Source: Eledone cirrhosa (lineage: Eukaryota). Taken from it: DNA of 64,000 nt. The DNA is taken from assembly GCA_964016885.1 (NCBI GenBank), contig CAXHJY010000133.1, positions 288,041 to 352,040 on the forward strand, read 5' to 3'. The notes beneath the pieces were generated by a model, which did no database searches, had not been told where the DNA came from, and saw nothing but the letters and a program-made list of their open reading frames with translations. Numbering within the stretch: position 1 is the stretch's first letter; each line of letters starts with the position of its first letter. The position numbers and the translations under genes are program-made. This document shows, piece by piece, positions 15,991-28,430 of the stretch.

Positions 15991-16037
15991 ATTCTACAGG
16001 ACTAGAACTGTTTCATTCTTTAGAAATCATCAGGATT
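15991..16037 (-). ncRNA. Probably decayed hammerhead ribozyme (family I)
   Basis: AATC-CTGATGA-T-TTCT(AA)AGAA-T-GAAA-CAG(TTCTAGTC)CTG-TA-GAAT; weak stem I. Confidence 0.5.
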
Positions 16038-16101
16038 TATACTCTGCAATGTATTGAGTACCTTACTTATTGTGGTTACCTCCGATTCAACCCGGAATAA
16101 C

Positions 16102-16161
<60 letters not shown>

Positions 16162-16165
<4 letters not shown>

Positions 16166-16528
16166 GATATTAACAAATGGAAACTATATTTATAAAACCA
16201 TATTTATTTCATTATACATATTTCAAGACTATCCGGGAGCTTCCAACAGTAATGGTTGCATTCTTTAAGGGTATGTCAATATTTATTTATAAAACTGGTC
16301 TATATTATATTTTATTTATAAAACTGCTCTATATTATATTTTATCTGATGAAAGCACACCATAATTTAACTTGGTGTCCTTGAAATATGTATAATGAAAT
16401 AAATATGGTTTTATAAATATAGTTTCCATTTGTTAATATCGTATTTTTACTCCAATTATTTGTTGAGTGCTTTATATCAGTTATAAAAATATTTGCTTGT
16501 TGTATCCCAACAATTTAAATAGAACTTT

Positions 16529-16530
<2 letters not shown>
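16162..16530. mobile_element. Solo pLTR-like element J with inverted arms (16162-16227 and ~16379-16444)
   Basis: Inverted repeat between (TA)n tracts; diverged relative at ~17965-18210. Confidence 0.65.
16338..16400 (+). ncRNA. Type I hammerhead ribozyme (family J)
   Basis: ATTTTAT-CTGATGA-AAGCACACCA...TGGTGTCCTT-GAAA-TATGTA-TA-ATGAAAT. Confidence 0.72.
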
Positions 16531-16586
<56 letters not shown>

Positions 16587-16590
16587 GTAC

Positions 16591-16671
<81 letters not shown>

Positions 16672-17051
16672 CACCGTGATTGTGTGTCAGGATGTCAGCA
16701 GAGATTTAGTTAATTCGGCGGAGGATGGGGTGTGGGGGAAAATTTATTGATTGATTGATCGAACGACCAGTATCGATTATTATGTTATCAAAGATATATG
16801 CAAATAGGGCACGCCCGTAGCTTTCTATACACCCGTCACAGTTTACACAAGAAAGCTGACGACATTCAAGACACTCCCAGACTACATACGATTCTCCCAG
16901 TCCCATATCATCACCATCGACATTATCACAAACATCATCACCACCATACACACATACACACACACGCATACACACACACGCATACACACACGCACACACA
17001 CGCACACACACGCATACACACCCACACACACGCATACACACTCACGCACAC

Positions 17052-17124
<73 letters not shown>

Positions 17125-17802
17125 AATGTATATATATATATGTAATATGTATATATATATATATATATATATTAAAATAACAGATTAAAGTTTAAGCAAA
17201 GAATCGCTGCTTTCACTCTTTAATCTGTTATTTTAATAAATATTTGCTCTACGGTTCTTATATATTTGATATATATTTATCCTTATCGAGCCCTCTTTGG
17301 ATTTTAGTCTTCTAATTTATTATTATTACTATATATATATATATATATATATAACAAAGGAATTGTGGTAAGGAACCAGATGGACCATAATGTACCAGAG
17401 TACTCAATACTTAGGGTAGTAGAGTGAGAAATAGGAAATAGCCATCGAAACGGCTTGAGCTCTGCCGTAGGGGTCATACTTTTTCCTATATATATATATA
17501 TATATATATGATGGCTGCCCCCTCGTTATCGAGTATGGCCATTGCACGATATACCATTATTAATAATTATTAATTAATTCTATCGTGCAATGCCTGTGCG
17601 TGAAGATATTTTTTAAAGTGAGGAAAGACTGTGCACTGAGCCAATCCCACACTTTGAGCGACAGTAGCTATAACCCGAAAAGAAGAAAAGATCAACAACA
17701 TCGGTACTGAGCCGCAGGTTTTATATCGCAGTTATCCCAGTTTCCTGAGTTGCCTTCTCCCAGAAGAATGCTCTGACAAGGGCTAGGAGTCCTTCACTCC
17801 TA

Positions 17803-17838
17803 ATAAAAGTGTGTATACATTTTTTGGGACACCCTGTA
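17803..17838 (-). mobile_element. Single Tc1/mariner-type terminal repeat
   Basis: Minus strand reads TA-CAGGGTGTCCCAAAAAATGTATACAC; no partner end seen. Confidence 0.5.
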
Positions 17839-17854
17839 TATACATACACACATC

Positions 17855-17924
<70 letters not shown>

Positions 17925-18001
17925 TACATACATTCATATATATATGTATATATATATACAATATATTAATAAATGGAAACTATATTTATAAAACCATATT
18001 T

Positions 18002-18065
18002 ATTTCATTATATATATTTCAAGGGAAACCAAGGCAAATTATGGTGCACTTTCATCAGATAAAAT
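18002..18065 (-). ncRNA. Type I hammerhead ribozyme (family J variant)
   Basis: ATTTTAT-CTGATGA-AAGTGCACCA...TGGTTTCCCTT-GAAA-TATATA-TA-ATGAAAT. Confidence 0.65.
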
Positions 18066-18207
18066 ACAGATTTGTTTTATAAATAAATATTGACATACCC
18101 GGAAAAAGTCATAACGGTTGGAGCTTCCTGGATAGCTCACAGTTGAATGCTTTATATCAGTTATAAAAAATGTTAAGCTTGTTGAATCCCAGAAAATTAA
18201 ATATAAC

Positions 18208-18247
<40 letters not shown>

Positions 18248-18586
18248 ATACTTGGGGAGGGTCATATTTGTGTCATATTGCCAGAATTATTACACAAATA
18301 TGACCCTCCCCAAGTATAACAATATTTGTTTCGACACACGATTTCATATAAAAAACCTCGCAAAACTAATTCATCGCCGCTATATATATATATATATTCA
18401 GGTTTGAGGTTCACCACTGTATAGAGCTGGTCTATTCCGTATGGTCAATCGTAATGCAATAATATAGAGAGTACTCAACGTAAAGCAGTTCAACCGTTTT
18501 TGTTTTTGTAGTTGGTGGTGCTATTACGGAGTTAAATATTATATTTCGAATGATTTTATCTATTACATTCACGTATTATATTTCGA

Positions 18587-18644
18587 ATACCTGATGATAT
18601 CACCGGATTCATACGGAACCCGGTCATTGAAATGATCATAGTAT
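18587..18644 (+). ncRNA. Type I hammerhead ribozyme (family E)
   Basis: ATAC-CTGATGA-TATCACCGG...CCGGTCATT-GAAA-TGATCA-TA-GTAT; palindromic stem III. Confidence 0.75.
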
Positions 18645-18756
18645 AATAAACCTTTCAAGGATTTACACAAATCCAGCCTCCGGTCATTTCATTATGATAT
18701 ATATATATATATATATATGAAATATAAGAATCAAAGAACTGTTCAAAACATTATTG

Positions 18757-18803
18757 TGCTTACAGCTGTTTCCTCCAAACCGAGGTTTGGATTCTTCGGA
18801 GCA
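18757..18803 (-). ncRNA. Type I hammerhead ribozyme, CCGAAGA core (family C, 3' pLTR)
   Basis: TGCT-CCGAAGA-A-TCCAAAC(CTCG)GTTTGGA-G-GAAA-CAGCTG-TA-AGCA. Confidence 0.78.
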
Positions 18804-20247
18804 ATTTATTAATGCATGGACAGTTATATGACCTCCTTTTCAGCCGAGAGACATACCAATACATATTCAAACATTGATACATATTCAAACATTGTGGGTC
18901 AACATTCATTACAGAATTTAGAGTGGCAGTACACACTTCGAGATTACATTTATATTAATAGGTACAATCAAAAATCAAAAATATAGGTTAAAATACAACA
19001 TGAAGATAAGCGGTTATATAGTGCAAATGTTATATGTGTGGCACGCATGTGCGTCTTGTTTATATAGTGTGGCAGAGAGATATGTGTGGTAGAGGCACTT
19101 AGGTAGGTAAATAAGAGTGTTAGGTTGGTAGATCTGGTGGCAAATTCTTTATATGATTGATATAGTCTGTGTGTGGAGAAATATTATAAGCATTAAAGAT
19201 AGTGCAAGCATTAAAAGTGTTATAAGTAATGGAGATGCACAGCGCAGGGATGTCAAGTATTTCATGTACTTCGGCATTTTCATGGTCAGGGGAGTGTATT
19301 TTTCGATTATATGCCCTTCACATAATCCACGACAATCCAGTTAGAGATCGTAGTCTGGTGTTCCTTAGTTCGATACAGGAGGTTGTTACGTTTCTAGAAA
19401 CGCCATTGAATACCGCCCGGAAGTGTGTGTGTGGCTAAGGGGAGTTAATGCATGCGGGGAGGTAACTCTGGGGTTTCTATATCTAGCCATTAAAATGTGT
19501 CCCAATATAGACCCTAAATTCTATGGTGATGCGCATCTTCTAAGAGAGATTTTTAAAGCATAGAGTGTATTAACTATAGAGTAGTTTAATTAAGTTATGC
19601 TGAAGGTGATCATATTAATATGGTGGATTAACCCATCTTAAGGTGCCACAAATGGAAATTATAGATGATGAGCGAGGATTCTAAATTAATGATCTCTGTG
19701 GTTGTAGTCTGCTCATATGACCAGGCGCGGTGATTGCAGGCTTGCTTCAGGACCCAATGATCTCTGGTAGGATCTGGGTCATCGCTTGCTACATTTGATG
19801 TCGAAAGATAATCATCCCCAGGCCGGCTAAAGGTCAATCCGCAGTCCTCGCGACCCCTCACTGACCGTCAGATCATCCATATACGTACAATCCGCACGGC
19901 AGTTGCAATGCATTCACTCACTGCGCTCAGCAGTCCGGTCCTACTGGTCAACAGCGTTACTCGAATAAATCATTTTACATCCGTCTAAGGAAGGTGTTTC
20001 CTCTGCACAACACTATCCAACCGATCAATTCATGCTCAAATTACCCTTAGAGCGGTGTAGTGCCGTTCAAGTGGGTGGATGTTGTCACACCTGCCGTAGA
20101 GGTATAAATGGGTATTCTCCCTGCGAAGGGTTCCAGAGGGATGTCGTTGTTTGTGTTATAATGGATCAGTTAGTGTTGGGTATGTAGTATAAGGTGTGTC
20201 TCTGGTGTTTGATGCTAGATGTGGTGTTAGGTTCCAGTCCGACATTG

Positions 20248-22706
20248 CTATATATTGGGCTTAAAGTTTTTGAAGGAATGTCTGAAGCGGTGCTGGCAAG
20301 TTGCAAACACCTCAGATTTTTTGTTAAGTAGGTTACGGTTGGAGAAGATAATATTGTGTGTCTCTAGTATACAGAGGTTACAGAATTTATTAGGTGGTTT
20401 GTACGAGGTCGCGCTGCCTATCACTTCCCATTTGAGTGTGTATGGTTTATTTTTCGATTTTAGATAGTGTATGTAGCTAGAAAGTGAGGTGGAGTTGGCT
20501 AGGCTGTGCTTTTTGAACGAGTGGATGTGCGAGTTATATCTGATTTTGAAGCAGTTAGAAGTGGAGCCTACATAGGTTTCTGAAGAGTTATTAGTCGTGA
20601 CGGTGCATGAGTATATGACATCCTTGGTTAGGCATTTTTTATCTAAAGGGCAGGTTCTATTAGCTCTACAGTTACAATTATCCTGTGCGTTGGTCCGCTG
20701 GTTATAATGCAATGCGGAAGTCTGTGTGGTAGATATAGGATTTTGGGTGTTCGGGTTGACAACCCTGGTGTTATTACTTATACTAGTGTTATTTCTATTG
20801 TTACTGCCGTTGCTATGGTTGCTTGCTACAGTGGTATTTAGAGGGTTTGCATCCCGTTGTGATTTTGTTTGTTGGAAGTAAGAACTAATTTTACTATTAT
20901 TGCTGCTAGCTATGTGGTATGCTAAGTTAGGCGTCGTAGAGTATGAGATTTTAATGGTGTTTTTGTTTAAGAGGTTGTGGTACTTGTGTCCTAGAGGGAA
21001 GTTTTTATCTAGTAGTGAGAAGAAAGCCCTAGGTATGTTGGTGGAGACATTTAGGTTGAAAGGAGGGTTGAAAAATGTATTATTTCTTCTTCTATTTTTG
21101 CTTTTAGTGTTTGGTGTGCTGCTTCCTCCTAAGGCCCCACAGTAGTTTCCATGGTAATGGTTACTTCCGGTGGCACCCTCCGCTTTGGTGCACTTGTGGT
21201 TGCTATTCCTATTATTAGATTTCCTCATGGACATGTTGTGCGAGATGATGTTGTAGCTATGTGTTTTCTTAGGTAGGAACTCAATTTCTATATTATGGCC
21301 GGAGCTAGCTAATGCTTGATTGTAATATTGTGAGTTTTTGCTAAATATGTTTGCGTCATAGGACAGACTAGAGATTCTATTGGACACCCCCTTAGAGATA
21401 GAGTTTAATATTGATCTAGGGTGATTAGACTTGGTATCTACGTAAATAAGTTTCTCATTAGGCTTATGGAAAGGTGTATATATTTTTGAGTCTAGGTATA
21501 GTGTGGCGTCTAGGAAGTTAACATTTTTAGTGTTTTTGTCCATGGTGATACTAAGGTTAAAGTTTTTGAATGTCTTATGCAGTTGTTTTCTAGTTCTTTC
21601 TATATTAAATTTTTATATTCTATAAGTAGAAGTGCATCATCGCGGTACAAACCACCGTTGAGGTAAGGGAGGTCCTTATGGATTTCATTGAGGAGGTATA
21701 GGCCGACCAAATCAGTGACCTGCGCCGAGTCACTAGATCCCATGGTTATGTCGAAGTTGCTGTGCGTATCCTTGCGTGTCCATAGTTGGTCCTCAAAGGT
21801 GATTATGGTTTTACGGGCCGCAAGGATGACATCAACCTGGGCTCTAGTCAGGTCGCTATTGGTCATGGCCATGATAAGTGCCTTATTTAATAGGATAGGG
21901 GAAATAGAGGTGTAGTACGAATTGATATCAAATTGAATACATTTTTTGTTCTTCTTATTCTTGATATCCTTGAACCATTCAATCACTTCACCCGTATTTC
22001 CCCATTGTTTAAGGTGTATCTTGTGTTTAATTTGTGGGATGATTTTATCCAAAATCTTCTTGCTGATAATACCAATGTCGGACTTGGAAGGGCAGATGAG
22101 TCTTATCGTGGGGTTGCTGATGAAGTTCTCCTTATGGTCCTTCAGAGAGAATCTAGGGGGGTTCGGAGTGAAAGGTTGTGTATGCCTCTGTAGTCCTAGT
22201 TTAGACACTATATTATAACCCTCTACATTAATATCTTCTAAGTTTTTCAAGGTGGTTTTTTTGTAGCTTTTATGTAGTTCATTATATATAAACTTTCTAT
22301 AAGTATTATAATCTAGGCTGTATATGTTATTAGTTTTATCTGCGTATACAATAATTTTATTACTAGTTTTGAATCCATTAATAAAAGTGTTAAGTTTGTT
22401 TAAGAAGGTGTTGCTTTTAATATGGTGCTTATTGTATTTAATGTTCTTAACTAGTTTAACTAGGTCATTTTCAAAGGAGTTAAGTAGAGTGTTATGAGGG
22501 GGGCTTTTAAAGGTTTTAAAGCCGAAGGAGTCAAAATTGTTAGTATTATTCAAGTTGTTAGATTTGTTTCTATCATAATGGAATGTCCTCCATCTCACTC
22601 TATTGATAAATGAATTTACACTGTTGATCAGCAATTTCTCATACGTATTCCTGGATGGTATTGGTATGTTCTTGGTTGACATGGGGAGTTGGTCTTTGAT
22701 TAGCAT
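20248..22706 (-). pseudogene. PLE family C RT + GIY-YIG polyprotein with one frameshift near 21600
   Basis: KNIPIPS...RVRW, QFDINSYY, ITMGS, GLYRDD; CNC-CPL-CL, YVGST, CNLC, CQH; the 368-aa and 431-aa ORFs are collinear with family B. Confidence 0.9.
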
Positions 22707-22955
22707 ATTGGCAATATTATATGTCAGCTCAACGATATGGAGCAGTTAATAGTATTAGTTATACTATTTATGGTTATGTAAATACAAAACCTTAAGCAGT
22801 TGTAAGTATTTTACACTCACCCTAAATAGTGGTAGGCAGTATTGTATTACTACCTTATTACCAGTAAGTTAAGTAGCTCAATGTAAAAACATCAGATGAT
22901 TTACAGAGCAGTTATATGAAATATAAGAATCAAAGAACTGTTCAAAACATTATTG

Positions 22956-23002
22956 TGCTTACAGCTGTTTCCTCCAAACCGAGGTTTGGATTCTTCGGAG
23001 CA
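22956..23002 (-). ncRNA. Hammerhead ribozyme (family C, 5' pLTR)
   Basis: Identical to 18757-18803. Confidence 0.78.
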
Positions 23003-23737
23003 ATTTATTAATGCATGGACAGTTATATGACCTCCTTTTCAGCCGAGAGACATACCAATACATATTCAAACATTGATACATATTCAAACATTGTGGGTCA
23101 ACATTCATTACAGAATTTAGAGTGGCAGTACACACTTCGAGATTACATTTATATTAATAGGTACAATCAAAAATCAAAAATATAGGTTAAAATACAACAT
23201 GAAGATAAGCGGTTATATAGTGCAAATGTTATATGTGTGGCACGCATGTGCGTCTTGTTTATATAGTGTGGCAGAGAGATATGTGTGGTAGAGGCACTTA
23301 GGTAGGTAAATAAGAGTGTTAGGTTGGTAGATCTGGTGGCAAATTCTTTATATGATTGATATAGTCTGTGTGTGGAGAAATATTATAAGCATTAAAGATA
23401 GTGCAAGCATTAAAAGTGTTATAAGTAATGGAGATGCACAGCGCAGGGATGTCAAGTATTTCATGTACTTCGGCATTTTCATGGTCAGGGGAGTGTATTT
23501 TTCGATTATATGCCCGAGATTATATGCTGCGAGATCCGAACTCTTGTAATTGCGCTATATTTTTGATTTTTGATTGTACCTATTAATATAAATGTAATCT
23601 CGAAGTGTGTACTGCCACTCTAAATTCTGTAATGAATGTTGACCCACAATGTTTGAATATGTATCAATGTTTGAATATGTATTGGTATGTCTCTCGGCTG
23701 AAAAGGAGGTCATATAACTGTCCATGCATTAATAAAT

Positions 23738-23784
23738 TGCTCCGAAGAATCCAAACCTCGGTTTGGAGGAAACAGCTGTAAGCA
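23738..23784 (+). ncRNA. Hammerhead ribozyme (family C, inverted pLTR)
   Basis: Same motif on the plus strand. Confidence 0.78.
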
Positions 23785-23985
23785 CAATAATGTTTTGAAC
23801 AGTTCTTTGATTCTTATATTTCATATAACTGCTCTGTAAATCATCTGATGTTTTTACATTGAGCTACTTAACTTACTGGTAATAAGGTAGTAATACAATA
23901 CTGCCTACCACTATTTAGGGTGAGTGTAAAATACTTACAACTGCTTAAGGTTTTGTATTTACATAACCATAAATAGTATAACTAA

Positions 23986-24048
<63 letters not shown>

Positions 24049-24204
24049 AATATATCAACTAACATAAGCGCACAGATGCACGCCTATGTCAGCAAATACA
24101 CAGGTTATGTCATAGTACCTAGGTGGTTCAATGCAGGAGGATGCAGAACAATAATATAAAAGACGTAAAATAAGAAAATCTTTTTTAAAAAATTTTAAAA
24201 AATT

Positions 24205-24258
<54 letters not shown>

Positions 24259-24409
24259 CATATGTATATATTTATATACATATATATATATGTATGTATA
24301 TATGTATGTACGCATGTATATTTAACTTGGCTGCTAATTTAGTCACACGACTAACAATTTTTGTATACGTGTGTGTGTCTGAAGTCAGTTCTAACGACCT
24401 CAGTTTTTT

Positions 24410-24498
24410 TCTGGGACTTTATTTTATCGAACCCCAGGAAGTGTGAAAAATCACAATAGATCACATCTGCTGCGAGATCCGAACTCTTGTAATTGCGC
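24410..24498 (-). mobile_element. Highly diverged SINE remnant
   Basis: CTGGGACTTTATTTTATCGAACCCC resembles the reverse complement of the SINE core GGGGTCGATAAAATAAAGTACCAG. Confidence 0.55.
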
Positions 24499-24690
24499 AT
24501 AATAAAATTATTATTATGTTATTAAAACTAACGCATGCGCAATCAATTCATTTCCAGACGAACTCGTGATAATTGTTTGTCAAATGTTTGTTATTGACAA
24601 CATCATACAGGACAGATACTAAGAGATTTTAGCAGGGATTATTGCAGCTTTATGAAAGGTAACATTAACCCTTATCCCTAACCCCTACAT

Positions 24691-24856
24691 CAGGGTTTCC
24701 TAAACTTTTTCAAACACAGATCCCTTATAGGTTCAGAAATGTTGGGGGTACTCCAATGTTTAATACTGTTATATGGTTGTAATATAAATATACTCCTCTA
24801 ACTCTTTTCGCGGAACCACAGACACTTCTTTGCGGAACCCATTTTGGGAACCCCTG
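24691..24856. mobile_element. hAT (Charlie-type) MITE
   Basis: TIRs CAGGGTTTCCTAAA / TTTGGGAACCCCTG; imperfect 8-bp TSD CCCTACAT / CTCTAGAT. Confidence 0.75.
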
Positions 24857-24938
24857 CTCTAGATCAACCCTTTTATTTTTTTTAAGCAAACACCTGGGAA
24901 TCACTTGTTCTATGATATTAAGCTACTATACTTTAAAG

Positions 24939-25473
24939 CAGGGGCGTGCAACATATTCCATTGGTGGGTCACTTTTGAAAATTGGAACAACTATTAGGGT
25001 CATTAATATTTATTAAGCACTATTCCAAAAATTCACCACAACTTCTTTCCATAACATGGAACTGGGAAATTATAACACACATAACCCTATCAGAACAACT
25101 ATTAGGGCCATTAATATTTATTAAGCACTATTCCAAAAATTCACCACAACTTCTTTCCATAACATGTAACAGGTAAATTATAACACACATAACCCTATCA
25201 GAACAACTATTAGGGCCATTAATATTTATTAACCACTATTCCAAAGGTCCATCACAACTTCTTTCCATAACATGGAACTGGGAAATCATAACACATATAA
25301 GCCCTATCAGTGAAGCCCTTTAGTCAAGGTCAACTAACAGAAAATTGTATTACGGTCACGAAAAAAAATTTAGATAAGCCTACAAGGTAAACATTAAAAA
25401 CGGTCATCGCGGGTCACTCTGATTGGTCTTGCGGGCCGGATTGTGGCTCAGGGGCTGCCTGTTGTAGCTCCTG
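24939..25473. mobile_element. Non-autonomous hAT element with an internal 108-bp x3 tandem repeat
   Basis: CAGG...CCTG ends; perfect 8-bp TSD CTTTAAAG (24931-24938, 25474-25481); repeat units start at 24985, 25093, 25201. Confidence 0.85.
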
Positions 25474-25514
25474 CTTTAAAGTGTTTATATTTACTCGTAT
25501 CTAAAACCAAGTTA

Positions 25515-26130
25515 GTCGGGCAAAACCAACCAGCAGGAGACCCAGGCCAAGACTAACCTGAGTAAGATGGTTGGATAACATCCATGATCTCGCTTGGCCT
25601 TGCTTGGAGATCCAGCCGGATCAATGAGAAACTGTTGCTTCTGACAAGACCCGCTGGAAGGCATGCTGGAGAACTTTTCCCCCTCCCCCTGACGTAGACT
25701 ACCCTGAGTAAGATGGTTGGATAACATCCATGATCTCGCTTGTCCTTGCTTGGAGATCCAGCCGGATCAATGAGAAACTGTTGCTTCTGACAAGACCCGC
25801 TGGAAGGCATGCTGGAGAACTTTTCCCCCTCCCCCTGACGTAGACTACCCTGAGTAAGATGGTTGGATAACATCTATGAGCTCGGTTGGGCCTGCTTGGA
25901 GATCCAGCCGGATCAATTAGAGACGGCTGCTTCTGACATGACCTACTGGAAGGCATGCTTGAGTACTCTGCTCCATGCCCCTGGCGTAGACCACCCCGAG
26001 CAATATGGTTGGATAACATCCATGAGCTCGGCTGGTCTCGCTTGGGCACCCAGACAGATCAATTAGAGACGGTTGCTTCTGACAGGACCTACTGGAATGA
26101 GTGTTTGTTTGAGGGCTGTTCCCCCTCCAC
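25515..26130 (+). repeat. 146-bp tandem repeat (~4 units) derived from an RTE LINE 3' end
   Basis: Period 146; translates to WLDNI(H/Y)ELGW, shared with the RTE fragment at 26444-26865. Confidence 0.8.
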
Positions 26131-26443
26131 GACGTTTCTAGGAATAAGTGAGCAGATATGTATCTAAAAAGGGGTATATTTATATTAAAACCTACCATAA
26201 TAATTTTATGCAAGAACCTTTGTTAAGTTATGTTCCTAACATAAAGAGAAAGTTAGTTATATTACTAAATCCCTCTAAATTCTTGATTATTTTCAAAATT
26301 AGTTGAAACCATAGGCGGTGTGTATCACTAGAAATATGGTCGTCAAAGCATTAAAATGTTTATATATATCTTAAATCCCCTCCCATTATAATTTTATGTG
26401 TGAACCTTTGTTAAGTTATGGTCTAAACATAAAGAGAAAATTA

Positions 26444-26865
26444 ATCTTCTTCTTGGCCCACTTATTTCTGCGAGGGTCGTGGGGGTAGAATCCTCAAACA
26501 CTCCTTCCAGCGGGTCCTGTCAGAAGCAACCGTCTCCAATTATATCCGACTGGATCCGCAAGCGTGACCAGCCAAGCTCATAGATGTTGTCCAACCACTT
26601 TACTCGGGGTCTACCTCTGTGTCTCCCGTCGGTCGGTTTTCCCCCGTAAAATCTGTCCAGCAATTCCTTTCTGAGACATTTTAACCGCATGTCAATAGTA
26701 TCGGAGCTGTGATCTCTCAATTCGGAGACATAGTGGCTCTACCTGGAATGACTCTCAGATCTCTAAGCTGCGCACTTTATCGAGTAACGTTACTCCAAAG
26801 ACCCTTCAGAGGAACCCCATTTCGGCTGCTTGTATTCGCGAACGTATTCTTTCAGTCATTACCCT
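26444..26865 (-). mobile_element. 5'-truncated RTE-clade LINE 3' fragment
   Basis: RIQAAEMGFL...TLLDKVRS and GRHRGRPRVKWLDNI; (AAG)n tail. Confidence 0.8.
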
Positions 26866-27045
26866 AGAGAAAGTTAGTTATATTACTAAATCCCTCTAAT
26901 TCTTGGTTATTTTCAAAATTGTTTGAAAACCATAGGCGGTGTGTTTCTTTAGAAATATGGTAATAAAAGCGTTAAAGTATTTATATCTATTTTAAAACCT
27001 CCCATCATAATTTTATGAGAACCTTTGTTAAGTTATGTTCCTTTA

Positions 27046-27228
27046 ACTCAAGCAGGGATCATCTCAAACTGGGATCAACTCAATCAGGAGTCAACTTAAT
27101 CAGAGATCAACTCAAACAGGGATCAACACAATCAAGGGTCAACTCAGAGATCAACTCAACCAGAGATAAACTCAATCAGAGATCAACTCAAGCAGGGGTG
27201 AATTCAATAATTCAATCAGGGGTCAACA
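27046..27228 (+). repeat. Degenerate GGATCAACTCAA(T/A)CA minisatellite
   Basis: About 11 imperfect ~16-bp units. Confidence 0.7.
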
Positions 27229-27442
27229 GCATATTAAAATATTTTCTGCAAAAAAGCAGGTTTTTGTTTCTTAATTCTTAATTCCCAAACTCCGATTCAT
27301 ATCAACTAAACTGGATCAATATGTGATGTCATACATGTAAAAATATGGGAAGTGTGTATAGAAAGAAATAGAAGACATAGGACCATTAGGCCCATAAACC
27401 CACCCAGCACTTAAGGTTATTTTCAGTAGCTTAGTAGTCTAA

Positions 27443-27638
27443 CCCTTTAACATTAAAGCCAGAATTCTCCCACCTCTTTCTGTTCAAACCAGCCATAACC
27501 AGCTGCTCATACTTATGTTCTCAAAATGAATAATATCAAAAGCTCATAGATTCATTATTTTGTGAGATAATTATGTGAAATAAAGTGTTTACCATGAAAA
27601 TACAATAGTAAATATAGAGTAATGTAAATGTTAAAGGG
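27443..27638. mobile_element. piggyBac-type MITE
   Basis: TIRs CCCTTTAACATT / AATGTTAAAGGG flanked by CTAA and TTAA. Confidence 0.7.
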
Positions 27639-27639
27639 T

Positions 27640-28240
27640 TAATAACTTAATAGCGAGAGATAAACAAAGGAAGTATAATTAGAAAGCTGCAAGCGGAGTT
27701 TGAAAATTGAAATAGGAAACCTCGACGTAATTTTTTTACCTCTTGTTTGTCGGACAAGTAATTTACCATGACTTCCATGAACCCATCCATCACTTGCCGT
27801 AATTTTTAGGCACTCAGTAGCTTAATAATTTAATAGTAATATTGTAAACAAAGGAAGTTTATATAGAAAGCTGCAAGTGGCGTTTGAAAATTGAAATAGA
27901 AGATATGGCCGTAATATTTTACCTCTTGTTTGACGGACAAGTACGTTACCATAAAGCCAATGAACCGATCCAGCATTTACCATTACTTTTAGGGGCTCAG
28001 TTGCTTAATAACTCAATAGCAATATGTAAACAAAGAAAGTGTGTTTTAAAAAGGGCGAGCGGGGGTTGAAAATTGAAATATAAAACCTCGCTGTATATTT
28101 TTGACTAAATAAAATAATTTAATAATAATGGGGAGTATAGACCCACTAACAGAACGCGAAAAGATGGGCCTCAGCACAGATGGGAATCTCACCCATACCT
28201 CTTGTTTGCCGGACAAGTACGTTAACATTAGGTCAATAAT
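27640..28240. repeat. Diverged ~184-bp tandem repeat ending in a tRNA-like relic (~28170-28240, minus strand)
   Basis: TACCTCTTGTTTGNCGGACAAGTA at ~27737, ~27920, ~28197; AAACAAAGGAAG...TTGAAAATTGAAATA three times. Confidence 0.65.
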
Positions 28241-28282
28241 GGTAGCGTACGTGACCGGCAAACAACCATCTAGTTGAAGTTA

Positions 28283-28430
28283 CGGTGAATTGGCAGTTAC
28301 GTCCCTTTACGGTCTGAGTTCAAATCCCGTCGAGGTTAACTTTGCCTTTCATCCTTACGGTGTCGATAAAATAAAGTACCAGTAATGTACTGGCTAATTG
28401 TTGGCCTTGTGCCAAAAGTAGAAACAATTA
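28283..28430 (+). mobile_element. tRNA-derived SINE with internal deletion
   Basis: GGTGAATTGGCAG joined to TTACGTCCC; B box GAGTTCAAATCC; core as at 1138. Confidence 0.82.

Larger units (their letters stand above)
18716..23990 (-). mobile_element. Near full-length PLE family C (Naiad-like): direct pLTRs 18716-19316 and 22915-23515, inverted pLTR 23556-23990
   Basis: ~600-bp direct repeats flank an RT + GIY-YIG frame; 23556-23990 is the reverse complement of ~22750-23184; both ends abut (TA)n. Confidence 0.93.

Noticed and set aside
17445-17475. CGAAACGGC...GCCGTA half hammerhead
   Set aside because: The 5' half of the core is absent
24985-28070. Short tandem repeats as a CRISPR array
   Set aside because: No unique spacers, no cas genes, eukaryotic context
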